Notes: a model not told the origin generated them from the letters alone. 64,000 nucleotides of DNA from a virus (IMGVR_UViG_3300044824_000100:1-64000); one strand, 5' to 3'. Positions 35,980-43,898 are shown, counted from the stretch's first letter. Made by a program: numbers and translations.

Positions 35980-36305
35980 TCTTTAGTTACCTTTGCTAGC
36001 CACTTCATCTTTTTCCTGGAAACCCTTATACTGCCGTTACGAGCCGCATCCCACATCTGGTACACCTGGTGATGGATAGCATAATGGAAGTCGGTGATGT
36101 CGAATGTCTCTAATGCCTTGCTAACGAATTCCTGAGTGAGCTCATCATGCTTCAGGCCAAGCTTACTCATTTCCTTTTCTCTCTGAGACAGATAAAATGC
36201 TATGTAGCGACATTTGTCGTTTGGGTTGAGCTTAGATAGCGTATCGTAGAATAGTTTACGAAACTTATCCAGATCGCCGGCGGAACAGACGAATCTTCTT
36301 CTCAT
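35967..36305 (-). CDS. hypothetical protein
   Basis: 112 aa. Confidence 0.35.
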   Translation of the reverse strand: MRRRFVCSAGDLDKFRKLFYDTLSKLNPNDKCRYIAFYLSQREKEMSKLGLKHDELTQEFVSKALETFDITDFHYAIHHQVYQMWDAARNGSIRVSRKKMKWLAKVTKDCLE

Positions 36306-36676
36306 GTGTCGATATTAGGATCAGAATCTTGGATTGCCCGCTCCAGGCAATAGGTTGCGTACGCCTCATCTATCATAGCGTTGTATCTGTCCTCTGGTTC
36401 TACGAAGAAGCTAAACCATTTCCAATTAGTGCCACCATGATGCATGGAGCTACCAAATTCGCGCCCGTGAACATTACCAGCATCCCATGGTTTAACGCTG
36501 CAAACTTGTCCGTCGCTGATTCCTAGCTCGAGCATTTGGTTTGCAACAACATCTCGCCCGAGTTCGAAATGCCATTTATTGCGCACTGCTCGCATCTGGA
36601 AGAAGTTAAATACCCACCCGTTTATTCTGACTTCATGTATGCTCAACCACTCCACATCACCCTTCATGCCAACCAC
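36302..36676 (-). CDS. hypothetical protein
   Basis: 124 aa. Confidence 0.4.
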   Translation of the reverse strand: MVGMKGDVEWLSIHEVRINGWVFNFFQMRAVRNKWHFELGRDVVANQMLELGISDGQVCSVKPWDAGNVHGREFGSSMHHGGTNWKWFSFFVEPEDRYNAMIDEAYATYCLERAIQDSDPNIDT

Positions 36677-36802
36677 TCCTTTTGCAGAACTCCGATATCT
36701 TTAGCTTGGTCATACCAGTTGGTACGTCAAGTTTACTTAATAGGTTTGACAAGTGGTAACAGGCCATATACATTGCGTAATTCTTCGGCCACGGACCCGA
36801 GT

Positions 36803-36973
36803 TCATCTCTTATCCCATGTCATGGCAAGTCTGTAAGCACTCCGTCTACTCATAAACGATAGTTTTCGTCTATTCATATTGAGGGCGAACAGTAGTGTAG
36901 TTAGCTTAAGAATCGAGTCCATTCGCCACTCTCGCCACATCTTTCTGTGCTTACGCTTCTGGTTACCACTCAT
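36803..36973 (-). CDS. small basic ORF
   Basis: ATGA start/stop overlap with upstream small ORF. Confidence 0.3.
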   Translation of the reverse strand: MSGNQKRKHRKMWREWRMDSILKLTTLLFALNMNRRKLSFMSRRSAYRLAMTWDKR

Positions 36974-37134
36974 CCTATTTCATCCTCGGGTCTGAAATAG
37001 GCGTACGAGCCAATCAGTTTGCTTAACAGCTTGCACAGTTGCCACCATTTGTTGGCATCCGCTCCAGCCGCAACGTGGCTTGACGAGTGCCATTCCCGCA
37101 TATGCATGTCTATCTGTTCTGGGGTTGGTCTCAT
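36970..37134 (-). CDS. small ORF (54 aa), paralog of 37131..37286
   Basis: MRPTPEQIDMHMREWH...WWQLCKLLSKLIG; a different frame from the listed 36980..37162 ORF. Confidence 0.4.
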   Translation of the reverse strand: MRPTPEQIDMHMREWHSSSHVAAGADANKWWQLCKLLSKLIGSYAYFRPEDEIG

Positions 37135-37286
37135 CTTCTACTCTTGTTGAATAAGCCCGCACCTATCAGTTTAGATAGGAGGAGTTCAAGACGTGACCAC
37201 TTATAAGCGTCTGTACCTGGTACGACCTTCTCGCAGAAGTGCCAGCGCTCCAGCATCATATCCACATCCATCGGCGTTGGTCTCAT
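37131..37286 (-). CDS. small ORF (51 aa), paralog of 36970..37134
   Basis: MRPTPMDVDMMLERWH...WSRLELLLSKLIG; ATGA coupling. Confidence 0.4.
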   Translation of the reverse strand: MRPTPMDVDMMLERWHFCEKVVPGTDAYKWSRLELLLSKLIGAGLFNKSRR

Positions 37287-37323
37287 GTAGATGATTCGTA
37301 TCAGGATGATAGTAGCACGGCCG

Positions 37324-37338
37324 GCGTAGCAGTGTCAG
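37324..37338 (+). repeat. 15-nt repeat GCGTAGCAGTGTCAG, copy 2
   Basis: Exact match. Confidence 0.9.
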
Positions 37339-37520
37339 CGTAGCGGGTTGTTTGCGTATCGCAAGCGGACGATACGACCTATGTTAATACCTTGCTCTTC
37401 GGAGATTATGCTTAGTTTCCACAGCATTCTTACTAGATTGCGAACGGCTTTGGATTGATACGTGTTTATGGAGATGCGACTCATCCACGGGTTATACCAA
37501 TGAAATGGCGGAGCTTCCAT
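37335..37520 (-). CDS. hypothetical small ORF
   Basis: 61 aa. Confidence 0.3.
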   Translation of the reverse strand: MEAPPFHWYNPWMSRISINTYQSKAVRNLVRMLWKLSIISEEQGINIGRIVRLRYANNPLR

Positions 37521-37544
37521 GCTCCTATCGGGGGAAATGACTCA

Positions 37545-37700
37545 GTGAATCATGGCGACGATAAGGCAGTACACAGTCATGATACCACATAGCATGCAGT
37601 ACCAACCAGGAAACACAGACGGATTTCTTGCCGCTCTCACAAACCAATAGAAGTTAAGTCCGGCACAGCAGAAATCCATAATCGATAGTGCACTATGCAT
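37545..37700 (-). CDS. small membrane peptide (52 aa)
   Basis: Hydrophobic, Cys-rich; shorter than the 60-aa listing threshold. Confidence 0.3.
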
Positions 37701-37709
37701 AGTTCCCTT

Positions 37710-38141
37710 TCAAGATGCGAGTTCAGAGAGGTTATCAACTTCGCCAGTTCTTACGTACTTATGATACAGTCGATCCCATACCAGCTTGCGAAACTTACTA
37801 TTCGCCTCATCAGCCGTATTCATGACATGTCTATTGTTCTGGTTATCGCTTGCAACCTTAGAATAGACTACATAGTTATTACCCTCGATGACTGTTTCAT
37901 AGTCATCGCCAAACTCCGGAATGCCAAAGGCATCGATGACGTTTATATCCCCAGCAATGAGTTGAGCTTTGATGTGAGCAAATCTCTCGGTGCGTTCAGC
38001 GATGGCTTTCTTCTCTGCCTCTTGTCGCTTTGTATGGGACCTAGCAATAGCATCAAGCTCTTGCTCGTACTTGGCTTTCATCTCCTGGGAGATATCATCC
38101 TTATCTAACTGATCGCACAGCCAATCTTCTCTACTCTTCAC
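37710..38141 (-). CDS. hypothetical coiled-coil protein
   Basis: 143 aa. Confidence 0.45.
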   Translation of the reverse strand: MKSREDWLCDQLDKDDISQEMKAKYEQELDAIARSHTKRQEAEKKAIAERTERFAHIKAQLIAGDINVIDAFGIPEFGDDYETVIEGNNYVVYSKVASDNQNNRHVMNTADEANSKFRKLVWDRLYHKYVRTGEVDNLSELAS

Positions 38142-38383
38142 AAGTTCTCCTCAGGATCGCCATTATTAGGGCAAGTGTGGGATGCATCGGGGTCATTAGT
38201 TTCCCACCCGCATTGAGCACAGCACTCGTGGTATTCTTCAGAACGGTGGGGAGAGATGGCACGCTCGTCGCACTCCTCACACTCGTCGTCAACCATAGAG
38301 TCCCAACCATCAATCCACTCGTGATTGCATTTAGGACACTTGTACTCGTTGATAAACCATTTGCCTGTGCGTATCGCTTTCAT
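38138..38383 (-). CDS. zinc-ribbon protein
   Basis: CPKCNHEW...CEECDE...CAQCGW. Confidence 0.4.
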   Translation of the reverse strand: MKAIRTGKWFINEYKCPKCNHEWIDGWDSMVDDECEECDERAISPHRSEEYHECCAQCGWETNDPDASHTCPNNGDPEENL

Positions 38384-38583
38384 GCGTGTTCTTCCTGGTT
38401 ATCGCAACCAGCACACGTGACATCGCTGCATGATTCGCATATGCCGTTGAGTTCGCAGCTGAACTCTGCCGTTACGATGCTATAGTCTTCAACTTGGGCA
38501 ATGAGCGCAGACTCAATCTCTTCTTGTTGCTCATCAGTTAGATCGCTGTCAACGATCACGGTGAATGTGATTTTGCGTGACAT
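38380..38583 (-). CDS. small acidic Cys-rich protein
   Basis: 67 aa. Confidence 0.35.
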   Translation of the reverse strand: MSRKITFTVIVDSDLTDEQQEEIESALIAQVEDYSIVTAEFSCELNGICESCSDVTCAGCDNQEEHA

Positions 38584-38712
38584 GATTCACCTCTTCTTGC
38601 TTGACTTAGAGCGCGAGCTTTACATACATCGAGCTGATTGAGGACATATAACAGCATGAATACACTCTGATCAGCGTCAACTGCCAACAAAGGCTCTAAT
38701 GGCGACCTTTTC

Positions 38713-38898
38713 CTAGCCACGGTATACCGGCCTTCTTTGCACGTACTCTATGAACTCGTACGGGTCGACTCGTGTTCCACTCCTAATGCCGAGTCTTTGC
38801 AGTATGTAGAAGAGTTTACCTGCAATGAGCCATGACTTATTCACCCTACCGTTAGTATGTAGCCCTACCGCCATAAGTTCTTCATATACCTTTCCCAC
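38713..38898 (-). CDS. small ORF of LLxxLGI(R/K)S family
   Basis: GKLFYILQRLGIRSGTRV. Confidence 0.4.
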   Translation of the reverse strand: MGKVYEELMAVGLHTNGRVNKSWLIAGKLFYILQRLGIRSGTRVDPYEFIEYVQRRPVYRG

Positions 38899-39050
38899 GT
38901 GAAATAACTCGAAGGCATAGCTGTCACCTTTAGCTTCGAAATCAGTGAAATCAGCCTACGTATGGCAATCGTCTTCTTGTGGGCAAGGACGTCATAGCTA
39001 GGATCACTCATAATTGCTCTGATGCATCGAGATATGAGGTTTAATCCCAA
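38865..39050 (-). CDS. small ORF of LLxxL family
   Basis: AIRRLISLISKLKV. Confidence 0.3.
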   Translation of the reverse strand: MGLNLISRCIRAIMSDPSYDVLAHKKTIAIRRLISLISKLKVTAMPSSYFTWERYMKNLWR

Positions 39051-39270
39051 GTTGACTCAATAGTTGACCCAGCATTGCACATCTCCTCAGGTTAAGGCGT
39101 CTGCATCCCCTGCATTCCCTATGCCGCCTACTGAAGTAGAAAGATGTCTCAACCCTATTCCATATCCAATTCCATATCCAAATCCTCACCCACTTAGTGG
39201 CTTCCTTGTGAACGAAGGCGTAGTAGGAAAGACTACCACCTAGGCATTTCCCACACTCACTCTTCACCAT
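39004..39270 (-). CDS. small ORF of LLxxLGI(R/K) family
   Basis: AMLGQLLSQLGIKPH. Confidence 0.35.
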   Translation of the reverse strand: MVKSECGKCLGGSLSYYAFVHKEATKWVRIWIWNWIWNRVETSFYFSRRHRECRGCRRLNLRRCAMLGQLLSQLGIKPHISMHQSNYE

Positions 39271-39553
39271 CTATCCTCCCCTGTGTCTGCTGGTGTAACG
39301 TATAGCCTCTGTCATGGTGACGTACAGCTTCCCTACATTCAAGCAGCGCAATATGAACATCAACAGCCAAACGCTTCTCATAGGTGCATCTGCATCGTTC
39401 TTCACCTACGCAACCGCTTCCTATATCGCTCTGTATATTCCTTACATTGATACCAATCCCACGTCCACCTAGCGATACCTAATTTCTGCAACAGGACCAT
39501 CAAGAACGACGCATTCTGTGTTTGACTAAATTTCACATGTGCCTTTACTACTT

Positions 39554-39757
39554 TCACCTGCGCACCTGCGATATATACCGAGTGCCATCTTGGACCGCTC
39601 TAAATGCTGCCCTTATAGCCTCTACCTGGGCTGTACGCTCATCCTCCCATACATCTAGCTTCATGAGGAGCACAAACAACCCATGTTTCATACCGCAGGA
39701 TATCCTGCAAGATGCATTGTGGTAGTGGGTCTTCGACGCGTAACCTGCTGATTTCAT
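39554..39757 (-). CDS. small ORF of LLxKL family
   Basis: GLFVLLMKLDVWEDE. Confidence 0.3.
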   Translation of the reverse strand: MKSAGYASKTHYHNASCRISCGMKHGLFVLLMKLDVWEDERTAQVEAIRAAFRAVQDGTRYISQVRR

Positions 39758-39830
39758 TGGAGCACCCTTGACAAACCCCTAGCATGGGCCGACGCCCGCC
39801 GAGCAACCAACCTTGCCCTACGCCTTGAAA

Positions 39831-40016
39831 TCACAGGGTATCACCGATTGGCGGGTACGCGAAGGTGAGCGATACTTCCCCTTCCCCTAGGAGCTTTGAC
39901 AAGAAATACGTGAGCTCCATCACCCTCGCGTCGTGATCATCTCTGCCCATCGTGTTGATGTACTTCCCGTAGTGGAGTTGAGACAGCATGATATCTACCT
40001 CTAGCCTCGTTCTCAT
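39831..40016 (-). CDS. small ORF of LLxKL family
   Basis: ELTYFLSKLLGEGEV; promoter-like ATCCTGATCCTAAT upstream. Confidence 0.35.
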   Translation of the reverse strand: MRTRLEVDIMLSQLHYGKYINTMGRDDHDARVMELTYFLSKLLGEGEVSLTFAYPPIGDTL

Positions 40017-40095
40017 TGGAGGAATTAGGATCAGGATATATGCTGGATAGTGGCTGATGTAGACCTGATGGTGGGCTGAGGGGTAGCCGAGCCTG

Positions 40096-40110
40096 GCGTA
40101 GCAGTGTCAG
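40096..40110 (+). repeat. 15-nt repeat GCGTAGCAGTGTCAG, copy 3
   Basis: Exact match. Confidence 0.9.
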
Positions 40111-40156
40111 CAGGGGATCGGTGGGGTATCAGCCTATCCTTGGCTGGGTTGCGGGA

Positions 40157-40339
40157 CTACTTGACGAGCTTGGTAAGGTCGCAGATGCAGGAGCTTGTGT
40201 TGCGATCCATCTTGCCCTCGTTAGGTAGGCACTTGGGTCTGCACGCTTGTCTGTCCTGCGCATCTAGATGGTCTGCGAGAGTGACGACGCCCAAAGCAAA
40301 CACGAACATGAACGCGTATATGGCTATGATTATCTTCAC
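40157..40339 (-). CDS. small secreted protein
   Basis: Signal peptide MKIIIAIYAFMFVFALGVVTLA, 4 Cys. Confidence 0.4.
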   Translation of the reverse strand: MKIIIAIYAFMFVFALGVVTLADHLDAQDRQACRPKCLPNEGKMDRNTSSCICDLTKLVK

Positions 40340-40371
40340 AGTTCCTCCACTATTCCAGGCGACATCTTGAC

Positions 40372-40521
40372 GATGTTGTAATAGTCCTCGGAGATGTCTC
40401 CGTCCGTTAGCGACTCAGTTTGGACCTGCATTGCGTCCAGCAGCTGGGCGTCATGCGGGAACTTGAGCGGCTTGTCCGTCTCAAACTCGATCGTCACTCT
40501 GTACTTAGGCATAAGTTCCTC
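40372..40521 (-). CDS. small ORF (49 aa)
   Basis: GGAGGAACTT SD and TCCTGATCTTATATAA promoter-like motif upstream. Confidence 0.35.
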
Positions 40522-40633
40522 CGATGTTGTTATATAAGATCAGGACAACGAGGTCGGATCTTGCGTGTGGCATAAGCACAGCATTGCACCTTAGTGCGTT
40601 GCCCTGATGGTTGTATATAGAGTCGGGATATAG

Positions 40634-40648
40634 GCGTAGCAGTGTCAG
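40634..40648 (+). repeat. 15-nt repeat GCGTAGCAGTGTCAG, copy 4
   Basis: Exact match. Confidence 0.9.
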
Positions 40649-40692
40649 TGGTGGGGACCAGGCGCTATGCCCGATCCCCACTCAACTCAATC

Positions 40693-41151
40693 TCAGCTGC
40701 CGTACTTAGCTTGCAACTCAGCCGGAAGATCAGAGACATTGATCGTCACGGTTTTCGCAGGGCGGATCTCGCTGAGGCGCTTGTCGATGAAGGATTGGAT
40801 CTCTTCGCGCTCAGACGGATCGTTCTTGGTCTTGAGCAACTCTCTCATTGCTCGGACGGATGCATCGGTAGATCCAGCGCGACTGCCTGGGTTCTTGGCG
40901 ACATACTGAACACCACCGTTCAGTTCTTTGTCCTTGCGAAGCCAGTTGCTCTGCAACCCGCTCACGTATGCTTTCAACTCAGAGTCGGTATACTCGCGTG
41001 AGAGTTCGATCTGCTTAGACTTGAAACCTTCGAACAAGATCTGATTCACCTGAGCGCGTTCTTCCTTGGTCGGCTTGAATGCACCGTCGGTTTCACCGCA
41101 GACGTTGATCAAAGCTTGGCGAACTGCATCTTTCTGTTTCATCTTGGTCAT
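40693..41151 (-). CDS. hypothetical protein, paralog of 32545..33039
   Basis: See 32545..33039; GGAGGAACAGAGT SD. Confidence 0.5.
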   Translation of the reverse strand: MTKMKQKDAVRQALINVCGETDGAFKPTKEERAQVNQILFEGFKSKQIELSREYTDSELKAYVSGLQSNWLRKDKELNGGVQYVAKNPGSRAGSTDASVRAMRELLKTKNDPSEREEIQSFIDKRLSEIRPAKTVTINVSDLPAELQAKYGS

Positions 41152-41318
41152 ACTCTGTTCCTCCGAACATTGTTATCGTTATGTACTTGATTAGATTCAG
41201 GATCTTATATCTTTGAACCATCATCTTGCTTACAACTTAATATAGAGTCGGGTAATCATGCAATCCGGATTGGATGGGGATTCTACATGTAGAGTCAGGA
41301 TAGCTGCTATGCCCCTGT

Positions 41319-41333
41319 GCGTAGCAGTGTCAG
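41319..41333 (+). repeat. 15-nt repeat GCGTAGCAGTGTCAG, copy 5
   Basis: Exact match; followed on plus strand by perfect hairpin GGTAGGAC-TACG-GTCCTACC (41337-41356). Confidence 0.9.
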
Positions 41334-41373
41334 CCAGGTAGGACTACGGTCCTACCCAGCCAACTGTTCTATT

Positions 41374-41528
41374 ACTATCCTGTCCTGCTCCAACCGCTCG
41401 TGCACTGCTCGCAGTCGCACTCGAAGTCTGCCTCATACAGCGACTCGTTCCTCGCCTGCTCCTTCTCGTCCTCCGCCTTCAAGAATGCCTCAAACCTCGC
41501 CATCAATGCTACATCATCTTTACTCATG
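41374..41528 (-). CDS. small acidic Cys-rich ORF (50 aa)
   Basis: ATGA coupling to upstream gene. Confidence 0.3.
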
Positions 41529-41751
41529 CGGCCTTCCTTTCAGTTGAGTATTCGATCTCTGTCTCCAATACCTTCACCAGCATTCCCTGCCTGTGAGCGA
41601 TGCTGAGCAGGATCTGGTTGCGGGCGCAGAGCAATCTCTCCAGGTGTATGGTTCTCCCAGCACGATGCTCTCTGCTCAGCTCAACACCCGCTTTGGCATA
41701 AGCCATCGTCAGCTCGCGTATCTCCAGCTTCAAACTCTCTTTAGTTCGCAT
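41524..41751 (-). CDS. hypothetical protein
   Basis: 75 aa, first gene of minus block next to divergent region. Confidence 0.4.
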   Translation of the reverse strand: MRTKESLKLEIRELTMAYAKAGVELSREHRAGRTIHLERLLCARNQILLSIAHRQGMLVKVLETEIEYSTERKAA

Positions 41752-42010
41752 ACGTTCTCTCCTTATATCTATCCTTAGGTTCGGGCACGGTCAGACCCAG
41801 TCTGAGTGGTTCTAGTTGCGCCCAATACTCTATCGTTTCAGGAATGGCCGTGTCATCGCTGACCTGTGTCAAAACAGGGCCCGCTGGCCTCGTCTTACAA
41901 GGGATCCCTTGAGTCGGGACCGGTACCCACGGCGAAGACTTTCTGTATATACACTTTTCCTATAGGTTCACAGGTACCCTGTACCCAACCCACACCGGTA
42001 TAATATAAAC

Positions 42011-42124
42011 ATGTTTGACGATCCCTACTACAACCTACTCGTACTCCTCGTCAAGCTCAACGTAGTCCACCACGCCATAGCCCACGCTGCATACAACAAC
42101 GGCTATAACACATACTCCTATTAG
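42011..42124 (+). CDS. small ORF of LLxKL family (37 aa)
   Basis: YNLLVLLVKLNVVHH; GGTATAATATAAAC immediately before ATG. Confidence 0.35.
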   Translation: MFDDPYYNLLVLLVKLNVVHHAIAHAAYNNGYNTYSY

Positions 42125-42166
42125 GTTCAACCAGGTACCAGTACCCATTTTCGTATAATATAAAAA

Positions 42167-42319
42167 ATGGAAAAACGCAAGGCCTTCGGCCACCTCATCA
42201 CTCTCCTCTTCAAGCTCGGCGCCACCAGGTATGTCCACATCCCCGTCGTCAGCAACGCCTACCATCTCGAAGACTACGAAAATCTCATGGGCGGTCTCAA
42301 GTATCGGACCTACCGATGA
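42167..42319 (+). CDS. small ORF of LLxKLG family (50 aa)
   Basis: FGHLITLLFKLGATRYVH; CGTATAATATAAAAA immediately before ATG; upstream module duplicated from previous gene. Confidence 0.35.
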   Translation: MEKRKAFGHLITLLFKLGATRYVHIPVVSNAYHLEDYENLMGGLKYRTYR

Positions 42320-42480
42320 AGCATCGCATGGTCACCAAAGTAGATACAACAAAGCCTGAGCACGTGTCGTTCAACCATCGCGTCCGCTTGATATCACTCC
42401 TGGTCTCCCTCGATGTCTGGGTGCCTCACCACGCCGATTGGCCCACGACAGGGATACTCGTAGGTGACAAATGGCCGTGA
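42316..42480 (+). CDS. small ORF of family (54 aa)
   Basis: VRLISLLVSLDVWV; ATGA coupling. Confidence 0.35.
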   Translation: MKHRMVTKVDTTKPEHVSFNHRVRLISLLVSLDVWVPHHADWPTTGILVGDKWP

Positions 42481-42683
42481 TACTCACAGGATCTAAAGTG
42501 TCAATAACGGTCGTCGGCAGGCCCATCCTATGGGCAGCCGACGTAACGTGGGAACTCCACACCAAGTGCTCTTGCCCACGCAACTCGTGGCATGAGAATG
42601 ACGTGAGGTCCAACTCCCAAGCTGGCCTCGTCAACCTTCTCCATAAGCTACTTCATAAGAACATCTATGAACATACTAGATAA
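42471..42683 (+). CDS. small ORF of family
   Basis: AGLVNLLHKLLHKNI. Confidence 0.35.
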   Translation: MAVILTGSKVSITVVGRPILWAADVTWELHTKCSCPRNSWHENDVRSNSQAGLVNLLHKLLHKNIYEHTR

Positions 42684-42861
42684 CGCCGCTGGCGCCGTGC
42701 ACCTCGTGCGCACGCCAGGCGAAACCGACGCGCAGCTTCTCACGAGGATAAAGGCGTACTACGCGATGCGGGCGATCGAGGCATACCTGCCCTTGCTCAT
42801 CATGCTTAATAAGCTCAACCTCATAAGCGCCAAGTTTATGCTAAGGAAACCGCTACCATGA
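42667..42861 (+). CDS. small ORF of family
   Basis: EAYLPLLIMLNKLNLIS. Confidence 0.35.
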   Translation: MNILDNAAGAVHLVRTPGETDAQLLTRIKAYYAMRAIEAYLPLLIMLNKLNLISAKFMLRKPLP

Positions 42862-43028
42862 GGTGCTGGTGCAACTCCCCGCAGCCACGCCACGCCCACG
42901 TGAATGCTTACGCGTACGACTCACATACAAACTTGATCAACAGCAAGTTGTATCACTGGCAGCGAACGCAGCAATGGTTTGACCTCATGACCATTTTGTA
43001 CAAGCTTGGCATTACGGTGGCCTACTGA
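42858..43028 (+). CDS. small ORF of family
   Basis: QQWFDLMTILYKLGITVAY; ATGA coupling. Confidence 0.35.
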   Translation: MRCWCNSPQPRHAHVNAYAYDSHTNLINSKLYHWQRTQQWFDLMTILYKLGITVAY

Positions 43029-43162
43029 TGATTGACTACACCGAGCATGCCTTCTACGGGTATCCAAACAATCGACAAGCCCGGCAGTATAACGCTAGAC
43101 TGTACCTATGCATACTTCTTCAGAAGCTGGGCTTGAGGTCCCATCGTCAGAGGTACATGTGA
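43028..43162 (+). CDS. small ORF of family (44 aa)
   Basis: NARLYLCILLQKLGLRS. Confidence 0.35.
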   Translation: MIDYTEHAFYGYPNNRQARQYNARLYLCILLQKLGLRSHRQRYM

Positions 43163-43326
43163 ACCGTGGACCTCAAGCTGCCCAGCGTTTGTTCTCGCTA
43201 CTTCTGTACCTTGGACTCAAGAGTACTCGCAAGCATGTGTGGGCTTACCGCGCGATGAAGCACCAAAGCGCTAAGCACTTGGCCTCGTATCAACCGCAGG
43301 GGGCGCTATTTTTAAGCCCAAGGTAG
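43108..43326 (+). CDS. small ORF of family
   Basis: AQRLFSLLLYLGLKST; alternative GTG start at 43159 would remove the overlap. Confidence 0.35.
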   Translation: MHTSSEAGLEVPSSEVHVNRGPQAAQRLFSLLLYLGLKSTRKHVWAYRAMKHQSAKHLASYQPQGALFLSPR

Positions 43327-43335
43327 AATACCTCC

Positions 43336-43593
43336 ATGAAAATGCTATTCATCTCGCTTATTGCCGTCATGCTTGCATCTTGTGTTTCCGCGCCCCAGCC
43401 TTACGATATCACCCAGCACCTCTACCGCGTCCAGCCCAGGATTGCTAACAATTTAAAGTGCGTGATATCTCATAAGATTCTACTCCCAGGTGATCACTTG
43501 CAGATACTCGACGTCCCCGCAGAATCATGCCACATGCTGGTTCCAAAAGAGCCGCTAAGCAACGGTATGCCTACGTTCGACTGCTGGAGATAG
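43336..43593 (+). CDS. small lipoprotein
   Basis: Signal peptide MKMLFISLIAVMLASC. Confidence 0.45.
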   Translation: MKMLFISLIAVMLASCVSAPQPYDITQHLYRVQPRIANNLKCVISHKILLPGDHLQILDVPAESCHMLVPKEPLSNGMPTFDCWR

Positions 43594-43594
43594 T

Positions 43595-43729
43595 GTGGCA
43601 ATACGCGTAACATTTAACAGAGCTACAATTTATAAGCCAGGCGTATACGGACCAACTAAGCCGTGGCATTTCCAGCTGCTAATGTTCTTGAGCAAGCTAG
43701 ATATCAAGGCTAGATACAGTGAGATGTAA
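43595..43729 (+). CDS. chimeric small ORF: copy of the first 17 sheath codons fused to a family motif
   Basis: VAIRVTFNRATIYKPGVY matches the sheath N-terminus MAINVTFNGATIYKPGAY (about 84 percent nt identity over 56 nt), then WHFQLLMFLSKLDIKA. Confidence 0.35.
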   Translation: MAIRVTFNRATIYKPGVYGPTKPWHFQLLMFLSKLDIKARYSEM

Positions 43730-43889
43730 GCATAAGTATCGTCACCTATGTGCTGAGGAGTTGCTCCACTTAATATACGTGCTGGGCATCAAGAGTACCG
43801 AGAAACCTCTCATAAGGGTGGGTCGATCGACCGCCGGCAAGTGCGGCTACTTCTACAACGGTAAACTCTTCCGAATGGTGCGCTGGTAG
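43719..43889 (+). CDS. small ORF of family (GTG start)
   Basis: AEELLHLIYVLGIKSTEKP. Confidence 0.3.
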   Translation: MRCKHKYRHLCAEELLHLIYVLGIKSTEKPLIRVGRSTAGKCGYFYNGKLFRMVRW

Positions 43890-43898
43890 AATATATAG

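Noticed and set aside
36980-37162. 60-aa minus ORF listed in track
   Set aside because: A different frame from the paralog-supported ORF 36970..37134 (MRPTPEQIDMHMREWH...). That ORF aligns with 37131..37286, so the listed frame is not the coding one.
37695-38108. 137-aa plus-strand ORF
   Set aside because: Fully overlapped by the better-supported minus-strand 143-aa gene 37710..38141 in a minus-strand block. Likely a shadow ORF.
30820-41333. Possible CRISPR array formed by the five GCGTAGCAGTGTCAG copies
   Set aside because: Repeats are only 15 nt. Spacing is highly irregular (538 to 6504 nt). The intervening sequence contains promoters and protein-coding genes rather than short uniform spacers.
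42035-42265. 76-aa minus-strand ORF in the track
   Set aside because: Antisense to two promoter-equipped plus-strand family ORFs (42011..42124, 42167..42319). Its composition is an acidic low-complexity mirror of those genes.
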